A stretch of DNA of 64,000 nt from contig CM119264.1 in the NCBI GenBank assembly GCA_051294375.1, forward strand, positions 24,456,917 to 24,520,916. Direction: 5' to 3'. The position numbers and the translations under genes were made by a program. Source of the DNA: Paraspadella gotoi. Lineage: Eukaryota; Animalia; Chaetognatha. The notes below the pieces were generated by a model, which worked only from the letters and a program-made list of their open reading frames with translations, did no database searches and was not told where the DNA came from. Positions 15,591-26,714 of this stretch are shown here, in pieces. Every line of letters starts with the position of its first letter. Position 1 is the stretch's first letter.

Positions 15591-15840
15591 ACAGTCTGCT
15601 CCAGTGACTTCCTGCCCACCAGTCTGCTCCAATGACTTTCTGTCTCCGTCTGCTCCAGTGACTTTCTGTCCCCGTCTGCTACAGTGACTTTCTGTCCCCG
15701 TCTGCTACAGTGACTTTCTGCTCCCGTCTGCTCCAATGACTTCCTGCCCACCAGTCTGCTCCATTGACATTCAGCCCCTCGTCTGCTCTAGTGGATCTTT
15801 CTACCCCTCTGCTCAAGTGACTCTCCGTCCGCTCTACTAA
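15591..15840 (+). repeat. ~26-28-bp minisatellite (CGTCTGCTCCAGTGACTTTCTGTCCC), ~9 units decaying rightwards
   Basis: Repeated gtctgct(c/a)ca(g/a)tgactt core. Confidence 0.9.
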
Positions 15841-16465
15841 ACCTTTACACTCATGACTCCTTGCTTGACGACTCACAACCGATCAAATCACTTATCTCCT
15901 TCTCAGATCTCTTCTGCATCACTTTTCACAAATCTGCTGAGCTCCACTGATCCGTCTTTCGTTTTTTTCGACTGATTCTACTACGAATAATTTCATCTTC
16001 TTCGCCTTTCCCATAATCCCGCCATCGGATTTTCAAACACCCCGATGTTTGTGCTCCACTAAGAATCTCCAGTTTTACTCTGTTCAGGTCGTAAAAATGA
16101 TGGTCACTCCAGTTTGCTCCATCGAATCTTTTGATCCCTTTCCGTTTTAAATCATCGACTGCTACAGACCCCATTCCGCTCTACCGACCACACCCTTCCC
16201 CACTCCCACCAGCCACACCCCGCTCCTTCCAGGTGGAAGCGATTGTGGGCGCGGCTCTGGCGACGTCGCCCGCTGGCGACGAAGGAGGCGGAAGAGCCAA
16301 AGTGAGGAAGAGGAGAAAGGAAATTGGAAGTCGAGGTCAGGAGGTCACCCGCAATCAACAATTGCCTTCTAAAAGGGAAGAAAAACGGCGGAAGGGGGGG
16401 ATCTTAGCGCTTCTTTTTTTTATAGGGGGGAGGAAGGGAGGAAGGGAGGAAAGGAAAGGAAGATG

Positions 16466-17831
16466 AAAAGTAAAGGAAAGAAAAGTTAAAAAGGTGAAGA
16501 AACGGACGAAAAAAGAAAGGAAGGAAAGAAAAATAAGAAGAAAAAAATAAAATAAAAACTGAAATAATTGAAAATAAAGGAAAATCAAATAGAAGAAAAG
16601 AAAGAAAAATAAAGAAGAGCTGAAAGAACACCAGGAAAAGATGAGGGGAGAAAGAAGTTGGAGAGGTTTTAGTCAGTTTTTTTTTGTTTTAAAAAGCCGA
16701 ATTCTCTCTCTTCCTCTCTTTCCCCCTCTCTCTCTCTCTCTCTCCTCCAACTGCTCGGTTCTCTCTCCTCTCTCACTCGCTCTCTCTCTCTCTCCTCGTC
16801 CTCTCCTCTCGCCCCCCTCCTCCCGTCCTCCTCTCTTCTCTCTCTTTCTTTTCTTCCTCTCTCTCTCTTTCTTGGATGCTGGTATCTTCTCCCTTATTTC
16901 CTTCCCACTCGGTTTTATTTTATTTCCTTTTTAACTTGGCTCCTTCGAGGTTTTAAAAAATGGATTTTTTTATATTAAGTCGAGGGGATGCGAGTCTTAA
17001 TTCGCATGGAGCGGCAATCCCCTCTCGCTCTACGGGCTTTCCCTCTTCTCTCGTCTCTGTCTCTCTCTCTCTTCTCTGCTCTTCTCTATCTCTCTCTATC
17101 CTCTCTATCCTCTCCCTCCTCCTCCTTCTCTCATCNNNNNNNNNNNNNNNNNNNNNNNNNAAAAGTAGGAAAGAAAAAGTTAAAAAGGTGAAGAAACGGA
17201 CGAAAAAGAAAGGAAGGAAAGAAAAATAAGAGAGAAAAAAAATAAAATAAAAAAACTGAAATAATGAAAATAAAGGAAAATCAAATAGAAGAAAAGAAAG
17301 AAAATAAAAGAAGAGGCTGAAAGAAAACCAGGAAAAGATGAGGGAGAAAGAAGTTGGAGAGGTTTTAGTCAGTTTTTTTTTGTTTTAAAAAGCCGAATTC
17401 TCTCTCTTCCTCTCTTTCCCCCTCTCTCTCTCTCTCTCTCCTCCAACTGCTCGGTTCTCTCTCCTCTCTCACTCGCTCTCTCTCTCTCTCCTCGTCCTCT
17501 CCTCTCGCCCCCCTCCTCCCGTCCTCCTCTCTTCTCTCTCTTTCTTTTCTTCCTCTCTCTCTCTTTCTTGGATGCTGGTATCTTCTCCCTTATTTCCTTC
17601 CCACTCGGTTTTATTTTATTTCCTTTTTAACTTGGCTCCTTCGAGGTTTTAAAAAATGGATTTTTTTATATTAAGTCGAGGGGATGCGAGTCTTAATTCG
17701 CATGGAGCGGCAATCCCCTCTCGCTCTACGGGCTTTCCCTCTTCTCTCGTCTCTGTCTCTCTCTCTCTTCTCTGCTCTTCTCTATCTCTCTCTATCCTCT
17801 CTATCCTCTCCCTCCTCCTCCTTCTCTCATC
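16466..17831 (+). repeat. ~670-bp direct duplication (16466-17135 and 17161-17831)
   Basis: Mostly identical, including the microsatellite interruptions; both copies end at the same base immediately before a 25-N gap. Confidence 0.95.
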
Positions 17832-18539
17832 NNNNNNNNNNNNNNNNNNNNNNNNNCGCCGAACGCCTGTTCTTCGTTAGGAGCGGGCGTCGTCACGGCA
17901 ATCCGGCGGTCTTTTCCGAAATCCGGCGCCGTTTCCATCCGCGGTGACGTCTCTCAGCGATCTCATGGGCTTGAGGAGAGAAGAAAACTTAGTTTCGTTG
18001 AGCGATATCTTTATATGATCATACTGATGACATCCTACGAGCCTGTCATTCATTCGACCCCCTATTATTATTATTGTCGAATGTCAGGCTCTCTCTTCTG
18101 AGCTTGCTTATTCTTTTAATTCATTCTAGCAAAATCTGATCTTTCTCAATAATCAAACGTGTATAAATATCGATAAAGAAAGCCCATCTTAAACTTTGTG
18201 CATTGTTGAAGGTAACACTCGACATAGTGACATCATTATACAAATTGCAAAATCTTTTCAAAGAGTTACGCATTATGTAAAATTATATCACTTTTCAGAT
18301 TATCAGAAATGCTCAGTGTCCAGAGTCAGCATCGAAAATTTATTCTTGAAATGCAGAATTCGTATGATTAGTTTTGTCATAACAAATTAAACAAAAAAAT
18401 TATTTACCTGCTCTTCTTGGCCTACAATCCGATTTAATTAGTCGCAATGGCCACCTTAATCATTCCATATATAAACATTTTAAAGAATTACCTTGTCTCT
18501 CTCTTTTACTTATTAGAAACGCTCATCATTTCTAGAACT

Positions 18540-18575
<36 letters not shown>

Positions 18576-20737
18576 CTCTCTTCTTCTTCCTTCTTAAAAA
18601 TTCAGGGCTGTTTCGCGACAGAATGACTTGAAAATGGAAGGCAGGAATTGATTGAGGAACCGAGCGATGGGCGGTTAAAACCAGGAAAGATGGGAGAGGG
18701 AGAACGAGGTTGAAAAAAAGGGAAAATAAGGAAGAAAAAGGGGAAAAAATAAGGAAAAAAAAAGAACCGGGACAAGACAGGAAAGCGGAGGCCGTCTCAA
18801 CTCGCGAAAGACGAAATGGAAAAATGCAGTTAAAAACCGAGAAAGCAAAAGGAGTAAATTTTGTAGAAAATCCAAAATTTAAAAAAAAAACGTTTAATTT
18901 TAACCACATTCCTAAGATTTATTTTTTGTTCTTCATTTGACGAAGACGACGAGCTGGGAAGGCGCGAATCGGATTGAGGCAGAATTATGGATTATTGATG
19001 TTAATTTTTCGATCCGACGAAAGGGGGAGGGATTAGGCGTGGGAGAAAGTTAAACCGTAAAAAACATAAGGTAAAATGAGTAAAACAATATTATATATAA
19101 AGTAATAAACTAAGAAAAAATAAGATATGAAATCTAAAATAAAAAGGAAACGGTTATAAATATTGTACAAAAAATTTAATAACAATTTAAAAGATGGTAA
19201 CTTGAATTCAACAAACTTTTTATCAAAAAGAATAAGGATTAAAGTAAAGACTAGAGTGATTCAAAATCAGTGAGATGATTGAAAAGATGTGAGTTGTAAG
19301 GCGATGACATCATACGAAATCACATGAGGGAGGTGAGATTCGGATGAGGTCCATGACCCAAAAAGAGGATCGCAACAGTTGACTGAAAAAAACTGTCATT
19401 TCACCCAAGAACAGCGAAGTGAGAAAAGAAGAAAAACTCAGACCAAAATCGATTGGTGAACTTTTTCAGTTTTCACGACGTCAAATCTGGTTTCACTTTC
19501 TTCACCGCATAACAATAACAATAGTGTCTTACTTTCTCTCTCTCTCTCTCTCACTCTCTCTCTGTTTACTCCCTCACTGGTTTTCACTCGTTCGCTCTCC
19601 CAGGGATTTTGTTAACAAACGCACATGGTCAACACTCCCACTGAATCATACGTTTTTAGAATTTAAATATTTAAATATTTAAATATTTAAATATATTTAA
19701 ATACATGCTTTTTACTTCAGGTTGAACCCAAAATATTTTAATCATAAATATAAAATTACAATATTCTTTTATGAAATATAATTATTTCTTGTTTCACTTC
19801 TTTTTAAATCCCATGAGCGCGCTTCATCATCTCCCGCTATCCTGCTTCTCAGTCGACGTTCACGCGACTCTGTACCTCTGGACTTGTTTCTCACAATCTC
19901 ACGATCTTCATCTTCCGTTTCTTCACATTCCTCCTCCGCGTTCACACCTTCACGGAGCAGCGATTCCGAAAAGAAGCTCATAACTTTTACTACTCGGGAC
20001 TCACATTAGGAAAGCCTCGCCTCACCCTGAAGAGTTATAGAAAGAGGATGAGACCCGGTTCACGTTTTTATTTTCCTTATTCGTCAAGAGCAACGAGCGG
20101 GAAACGGCGAGTAGGTGAGCAATTAAGTTTGGCGGGTTGTGATGGATGCCATGCGGAGACGGTAATTGTTATATTGGTGGCGATGGTGGTTATGCTAGCG
20201 TTGGGGGCTGTGTTCCTGTAATCGTATTAATATCATTGATGGAATATTATTATGAATTTAATCATCGCAATTTGCGCAAAATTGGTCCGTGATTATTGAC
20301 GTTTCACGACTTCAAGAATCACTGGAGCCACTTGAGGCTTCGCTCGACGTCGGCGTCGATGACGTCGTCAAGAAAGTCTTTGACAATCTCGTCGTCGTCA
20401 TCGTTGTCTCTTTGCCCCGTCTCTTTGCGCGGCGGTCTGATTCTATTATGGGGCTATCGTCGTCGTCGTCGTTATCGTCGTCTCCGTCGTATTTGTAGAT
20501 GTCGCTTCCGCCTCTTAGGCGGAACCATCGTCGACAAATCGCCCTGCGTCTGATTCGATCGATCGGGCGATAGTCGTCATTTGCGTTGGCGTTTGCATCA
20601 TTGGCGTTGGCGTCGTTGGCATTGGCTTCTTCTTCTCGGCCTTCGAAATCGTCATCCAGTCAGACAATCGACTTCGCAAAAAAAAAAAGAAGAGAAGAGG
20701 AATTTTAATCTCTTCGTCGTCGTTTTGATTTACCCGA

Positions 20738-20782
<45 letters not shown>

Positions 20783-20831
20783 AGAGAGAGAGAGAGAGAG
20801 AAGAGAGAGGAGAGAGAGAGAGAGAGAGAGT

Positions 20832-20863
<32 letters not shown>

Positions 20864-20976
20864 CCGACAGACAGAGAGACATTTGAACAGAAAATGCCTC
20901 TTTCTCCAACTCCCAACTTTTAATTTCGTTTCCTTCGCGGATTAATTTTTATCTCTCGAAGTGAATCTTCTTCAGC

Positions 20977-21025
<49 letters not shown>

Positions 21026-21081
21026 AGGAGAGAGAGAGAGGAGAGAGAGAGATATTCCCCGCCGCCCCTCTCCAGATTCAC

Positions 21082-21464
21082 CGAGAATTGTTGTCGTTTG
21101 TCTTCGACAATAACCGAAGACGCAGCGGACTCGTCCATCCAATCGCTTTTCTCAGAAAAGACGCTCGTGGATTCTCCATCTTCGATCGTTTTCATCTTTC
21201 TCGACTTTGTCATTCTCCTGGTTTTGACCCGGCTGACCCTATCGGACTTGCCCCAGCTGACCACGTCGCTCTTTTGTGCGTCAAAGCGGCCGGATCTGAC
21301 GCCGAAGGACTCTATCGAGTGTCCGCCCGCCCTCTTCGGGGTCATATTGCCCGGCAGCTGTTCTTGCTTGGTTTCGCGTTTGTCTTGCAGTCGGTGGGAG
21401 TCGTCTTCGGAGGCGGGCAGACGAAAGACGCGACGGACTGAGGTGGGGACGAAACCCGCCGCCT
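21082..21464 (-). CDS. SH3-domain protein gene, internal exon (EAAGFVPTSVRRVFRLP...MTPKRAGGH...EDKRQQFS), probably disordered
   Basis: Strong acceptor cttctttcccgccatccag|AG and donor TCG|GTGAAT. 383 nt open in the expected phase, overlapping ORF 20920..21345. The final exon is unresolved (candidates at 20349-20674 and 19769-19990). Confidence 0.7.
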
Positions 21465-21606
21465 CTGGATGGCGGGAAAGAAGGGGATTGGTTGGAAGAA
21501 TTGAAAGTATTTCTGTCTTCTGTGTATTATAGTTTATTTTTACCTTAATTAGTATATGCTATTTATTTAAATATATATATATCGATCCGCCTAAGTTATT
21601 AAATAC

Positions 21607-21755
21607 CGGCTCGCCTCGCCTCCTCTGCCTGGTAGCTCTTCTTCATAGACTCGTGTACCCATTTGACCGGAACCCAAACGGGAAGGAACAAGGAATGATC
21701 GACGCTGTTGTGACAGGGACAGGAGGCGCCGCTGCAGACGCCGCCGCCGTCCAAC
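21607..21755 (-). CDS. SH3-domain protein gene, internal exon (LDGGGVCSGASCPCHNSVDHSLFLPVWVPVKWVHESMKKSYQAEEARRA)
   Basis: Acceptor ccccttgtccag| and donor G|GTATTT. 149 nt, phase 2 to phase 1, open and consistent with both neighbours. Confidence 0.7.
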
Positions 21756-21989
21756 CTGGACAAGGGGTGATAATGCGTCTACGAAACCTCACTCCAACGC
21801 GTTCATTATTCAACCTCCTCGATCACACCTGCCACTCCATCAATCTTTCTCCTTTAAAACTCCATTTCTCCATCACTTTATATCTCTATCACTTAACCTC
21901 CCCTATCACCGCACCTTCTCCATCAATCTGTCTCCTCCATCACTCCAACATCTCCCTCACTTCACTTTCTCCATCACTCCATCCCTCAC

Positions 21990-22176
21990 GATTGGACGGC
22001 CATCCTCGTCGGGTCGTCCGGCCTCTGATAAATCCTCTCGTCCTTCGGATCGACGACGCGAAGAAAAGTCGAGGGGACTTTCCCCTCGCGACCGGAAGCG
22101 TCTCTCGCCGTCCACCAACCGTCGGCGTCGGTCGAAAGTATTTGGAGGATGTCGCCCTCTTTGATGGAGAGGTCGC
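21990..22176 (-). CDS. SH3-domain protein gene, core SH3 exon GDLSIKEGDILQILSTDADGWWTARDASGREGKVPSTFLRVVDPKDERIYQRPDDPTRMAVQS
   Basis: Acceptor ttcccatcag|GC and donor TC|GTGAGG. 187 nt, phases fit both neighbours. Matches the SH3 consensus (DLS.K.GD.L.IL, GWW.A, G.EG.VP..FL). Confidence 0.9.
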
Positions 22177-22500
22177 CTGATGGGAAAGCAGAAGACTTAG
22201 AAGATCTTGTTCTGTTCGATGAAGAGGTCGCCTGACGAAGGAAAAGATTTTAAGGATCTGTACCCTGCCTGATGGACAGGCTGTCTGATGGAGAGTAGGA
22301 TGTAGATTGGACAGTGGGAAGTATTTAGAGGATCTCGCACTGATTGAAATTCAATATAGAGTTCTCCTGATGGAGATAGGAATATAGAGGGTTTGAAAGA
22401 GCTCGTTCTCTTTAATGAAGAAGTCGCCCGTTAGGGCAAGGGATTAAGAGCGTTTTAGGGAGATCTTGGCCTCATTGACGAAGACGTTGACTGATGATGA
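22177..22500. repeat. Five degenerate ~50-bp copies of the SH3 exon acceptor plus exon start, filling the intron
   Basis: On +, the true unit aagtatttggaggatgtcgccctctttgatggagaggtcgcctgatgg (22136-22183) recurs as aagacttagaagatcttgttctgttcgatgaagaggtcgcctgacg (22192), with further copies at ~22244, 22319, 22389 and 22450. Confidence 0.75.
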
Positions 22501-22548
22501 CATGGAACGAGATGGCGCTCGATCTTGTATCACCCAATTCCCCGTTAC

Positions 22549-22678
22549 CCTTCTCCTCTTTTTCCCAGTCTTCAACAGCTTGGCAAGCGGTGATTCTCCA
22601 AGATATTCTTGTTAGATCCGGGCAGTGGGCTGCTCCTGAGGAAGAGACAGACGAAGAAAGGGGGCTGCTGTCTCTTGT
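22549..22678 (-). CDS. SH3-domain protein gene, exon carrying the SH3 N-terminus (TRDSSPLSSS...ITACQAVEDWEKEEK-G)
   Basis: Pyrimidine-rich acceptor ...ccaacgatttag| and donor AAGG|GTAAC. 130 nt, phase 0 to phase 1. CQAVEDW occupies the position of the ALYDY motif of SH3 strand 1/RT loop. Confidence 0.75.
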
Positions 22679-22941
22679 CTAAATCGTTGGAGAATAGAAA
22701 GTATAATGGGTTACCTTCTCTCATCTTATCTGTGAAGGCTAGATCCGATTCCCGATGCTCTAGAGCGGTGTCCGATCTGCTCAAATAAATTTTATTTTCA
22801 TTAAAATTTCACGAGGCTCACAGTCAAGTAACATTTGCATATTTCATGTGTTCGCCAACGTCAACGTTTATTGACTATCTTCGATATGACATATGATCGC
22901 ATCAAATCCAACCCACTGTTCACTGACCTTACTGACCTTAC

Positions 22942-23127
22942 TGACTGTTCATCCACGAGCCGATGAAGAGACATCGATCTCCGATCTAGAATCGAGTTGT
23001 CGAAAGGATGTACGCTTGGACGATTCAACGAATCGATCGTAAATCGGACGGGCGTCTTCCGTCGCTGACGTCGTCCCAGAAACGGCTGGCCCTCCAGCAT
23101 CGCCTGATCGGCCCAGTTCCTCAGCAT
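22942..23127 (-). CDS. SH3-domain protein gene, putative first coding exon (MLRNWADQAM...RLVDEQS)
   Basis: ATG at 23127 in GGCGCCATG context with an in-frame upstream TGA. 62 codons end at a phase-0 donor TCA|GTAAGG (duplicated 9 nt further on at 22933), which matches the phase-0 acceptor of the next exon. An extra exon at ~22715-22777 is possible but its phase is unresolved. Confidence 0.5.
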
Positions 23128-24144
23128 GGCGCCTCATCCGATTCTCCGACGCCGGTTTCTTTGTTTTTTTCTTTCCTAAGCGTCGCGTGTATAAACTTTC
23201 GCTACGAAAGAAGGAATATTCGTCTTAATTCGGCGACGTTGACCGAACGAAAGAGGAAAACGAGATTCGGTTTCTGAGAAATGAGAAAAAACTCGGTTCG
23301 AATCATCAGATTCACAAACTTTTTTTTTAACATATTTTTAAAATATATCGACTACAGATTGAAGAAGAATAGATGAAACATATCGTTGTTGCTTATTACT
23401 TAGTCAAACATTTTAAAAGAAACCTTAACAAATTTGCTGAGATGATTTGTCCCACGAGCTCGCACTCGCCCAGAAAAAGATAAGAGCGATGAGCACGACG
23501 TTGCGTGAACGGTCAGCGAGGTGATAAACCTCGCTAAGAACGAGACTCCGCCCTTTTCTTTTTTATCCCTTTCCTATCTTTTGGAGCGAAGACGAGACCG
23601 AATAGGTTCATATTTTGCGACCTCCTATTTACGTTCTCCTCTCTGTTCATTTTCTATTTCTTTCTTTTCAATATTTTCTTCTTCCTTTCTGCTCTTTTTT
23701 TTTATACTACCTCTAGTTATATTTTTCGTCGTCAATTTATTTTTCTTCCTCCTTCACTCATTTCTTTTCATCCGCCATTTTCTTTTCCTTTTTTCCTCAT
23801 TTTTTTTCTTCTTTCTTCCTTCATTTTTTTTTCTTTGCTTCTTTCATTTTCCTTTCCTCCCACATTTTCTCTCACTTTCTCCTTTGTATTGTCTCCTTCC
23901 CTTGAATTTTCTTTCTATTCCTTTCTTCCTCCTTCCCTTACTTTTATTTTTCTCCTTCTAGTTACTTACAATTTTTTTCTATATTTTATTCCCTTTTCCC
24001 GTCCATTTTCTTTCCATTTCCCGTCCATTTTCTTTCCCTTCTCTTTGTTAATGTTATTGCGCGCAGCAGCAGTTGATGGGGTTTTTAGGTGCGCGGGTGG
24101 AAGGGGGAGTAAAAGGTGAGGGTTTGGCAAGAAGTGGGCGGATC

Positions 24145-24210
24145 AAGAAGAAGAAGAAGAAGAAGAAGAAGAAGAAGAAGAAGAAGAAGAAGAAGAAGAA
24201 GAAGAAGAAG
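24145..24210 (+). repeat. (AAG)22 microsatellite
   Basis: Pure trinucleotide run. Confidence 0.95.
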
Positions 24211-24746
24211 AGAAAGAGAGAGAGAGAGAAAGAGAGAGGGAGGAAGAAGAGGAAGAGGAGGATGAGGGACGGGAGCACAGAAATTTGTCTAACTCACATT
24301 AGAGAAGAGAAACAAATGGAAATGACGATATTCGCTTTGAAAGTAGAAGGCAAAAAGACGAAAATGACGGCGACGACGACGACGACGACGAAGACGATGT
24401 AATCGATGACGACTACAACGAAAAAGACGACGATGAAGACGACGTTGATGAAAACGGCGACCAGGACGTCAACGGAATTGCTGCAGATAAGACCACGGCC
24501 TCAACAAAGCCCCATGCGACTAATACGACCACAAGGACGGCCACAACGATGCACAACATCAGCGACGACGACCCCAACGACCAGTATGATGCGAGCGTCC
24601 ACAACGACAACAACAACGTCGACCACAACGTCGATCGCAACGACAACAACAACAACGCGACCGACGACATTATCGATTCAAGACCCGCGAGTAATAAAAT
24701 CTGAATGGAAGACAAATTCTGGTAGACGAGACTCGAGAAGACGAGT

Positions 24747-24941
24747 CGTCGCCTGGCTTCGCCTGGCTTCGCCCGACGTCGACTGTTAGCGCCTGGCTTC
24801 GCCCGACGTCGCCTGTCAGCGCTTGGGGTTGCCCGATGTCGCTTAGAGTCGTCTGGCGTCGCCTGTAGTCGCCTTGCGTCGCCTAATGAAGCCTGGCTTC
24901 GCCTATTTTCGCCTGGCGTTGCTTGATGTCGTCTGTCATTG
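24747..24941 (+). repeat. Degenerate 10-bp tandem repeat (TCGCCTGGCK) running into a 100-N gap
   Basis: tcgcctggct / tcgcccgacg / tcgcctgtag / tcgccttgcg ... Confidence 0.8.
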
Positions 24942-25958
24942 NNNNNNNNNNNNNNNNNNNNNNNNNNNNNNNNNNNNNNNNNNNNNNNNNNNNNNNNNNN
25001 NNNNNNNNNNNNNNNNNNNNNNNNNNNNNNNNNNNNNNNNNTTTGTAAAACTTTATGAAACCGACGACGTCCAATGTCTTGTCAAATTTGAGACAAAGTT
25101 GGGTTTCATATCCTCACATTTTTTTCATATCATCTTTCCTCAAATTCTCCATCGTTTATTTTCTTTAGCCATTTTAACCCTTATACTTCCTACCTTCGCA
25201 AACTATATAGTAGCCAATCCCTTTTTCACAATTCACTCGATATATATACGACCCAACTTCTTATTCGTCTGCCACGTCTATCCACTATATCCGCCGTTAA
25301 TTCACAAAGAATGTTCCACGCCTTCCTCATACCCTTCTTCACTTCGTCCGGCACCCATCCCATTAGCAAAAGCTTCCCCCCCCTCCTCTCCCCACAATCC
25401 TACCCCACCACACCACCCTCACCCTACTGACCTCTCCCACCCCTCTCACAAATCCGCAGTCCGTTTTTCCCGCTCAGGAGGAGATATTTTTAAAATGACG
25501 CCAGCGACGCTTCTAATCCCCGAGCGTCCTAATGGCACTTTCCGCTCGATATTAATTCATCCCCTCTTCCTTTATATTTATTTTTATTTATTGTCTACTT
25601 TGTTGTTCGTATATAGTTTCGCCTTTTTGTCTTGCCCTACTTTTTTTTTTCACCCTCTCAGAGCTGAGGAGCTTCCGGCGAGACTTTAGAAACGCTTTTA
25701 GTGATCTTTCAGACTGTCCCTCGGCTTGTCTGTTTTTCTATTCTGTTTAATTCGTGTTAATATTTTCCCAGTGATTCACCGTCAGTGTATATTGTATAAT
25801 GTATAATGTATACTTTATAATAACCCTATGAGTATGAATCGTCCCTCTCGTTTTCCGCTTTCGGACGCTGCAGTCACGATAGTTTATGCTTTGTTTATTC
25901 CGTTTGTTTATTTATTTCGCCAGAGAGAGAGAAGAGAGCGAGAGAGAGAGAGAGGAGA

Positions 25959-26038
<80 letters not shown>

Positions 26039-26179
26039 GAGAAGAGAGAAACTCTTCCCCCTTCTCAATTGCCGAGCTGAGAGCGGTTTGTCTTGTGGCC
26101 GCGGAAAAAATTCCTTATTTGCGAATAAATCAAGAATCGGATAAAGAAAAAAAATTGGTGTTTTTTTTTTTTTTTCTTC

Positions 26180-26626
26180 TTGACTGAAGTCAACTTGGTT
26201 TGCACGGTCGGCAACGGGGCCTTCCATAAATCTTCGCTTCTCCCGACGGGTTTTAGAATTCTCTCTACCATAAACGTCCTTTTTGTTGCTTCGAAACAAG
26301 AACCACCTTCGAAGAGGCGGTTCCAACACGTCTTTTACTGCATCGTTGTGTAGCATTATAAAACTATAGTTTGGGAGTCGACACGTACAACAACCAGGTT
26401 ACTTATTTTTGACAATACCAATACCACACGATTTACAAAAAAGCTTCGTTCACCATATACGGTCAATGCCCCTGAAGGAAGTATTCCTTTTTTTTAAGTC
26501 TTTTTTTTCTTCCCCAGATGGCGAAGGAGTGGTGGGGGGCGAGGAGGGGGGCGTGGAGGGGGAAGAACGATAAAGGGCCAGATTCGCGAAAGCTGCGCAA
26601 ACAAGGCCGGCCAGGAAGGTCGCCAT
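26180..26626 (-). CDS. Candidate two-exon small secreted protein or prepropeptide (exons 26626-26454 and 26363-~26180)
   Basis: MATFLAGLVCAAFANLALY hydrophobic N-terminus; a 90-nt GT-AG intron with matching phase 2; basic clusters KKR, RR and RREKRR. No homology recognised. Confidence 0.25.
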
Positions 26627-26636
26627 CCCCGGAGAT

Positions 26637-26714
<78 letters not shown>

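Noticed and set aside
15591-15840. CRISPR-like array
   Set aside because: Units are contiguous with no unique spacers, there are no cas genes, and the context is eukaryotic; ordinary minisatellite.
16466-17831. 670-bp direct repeats as LTRs or a real tandem duplication
   Set aside because: Both copies stop at the same base before 25-N gaps, with no TG...CA ends, PBS or PPT; assembly artefact.
21082-23127. Naming the SH3 gene NPHP1
   Set aside because: Only the SH3 segment resembles it; the rest of the nephrocystin-1 architecture is not visible.
18020-23315. Other CTGA(T/A)GA hammerhead-like cores (e.g. 18024 +, 20027 +, 22491 +, 23303 -)
   Set aside because: None has a stem II followed by GAAA and an NUH triplet.
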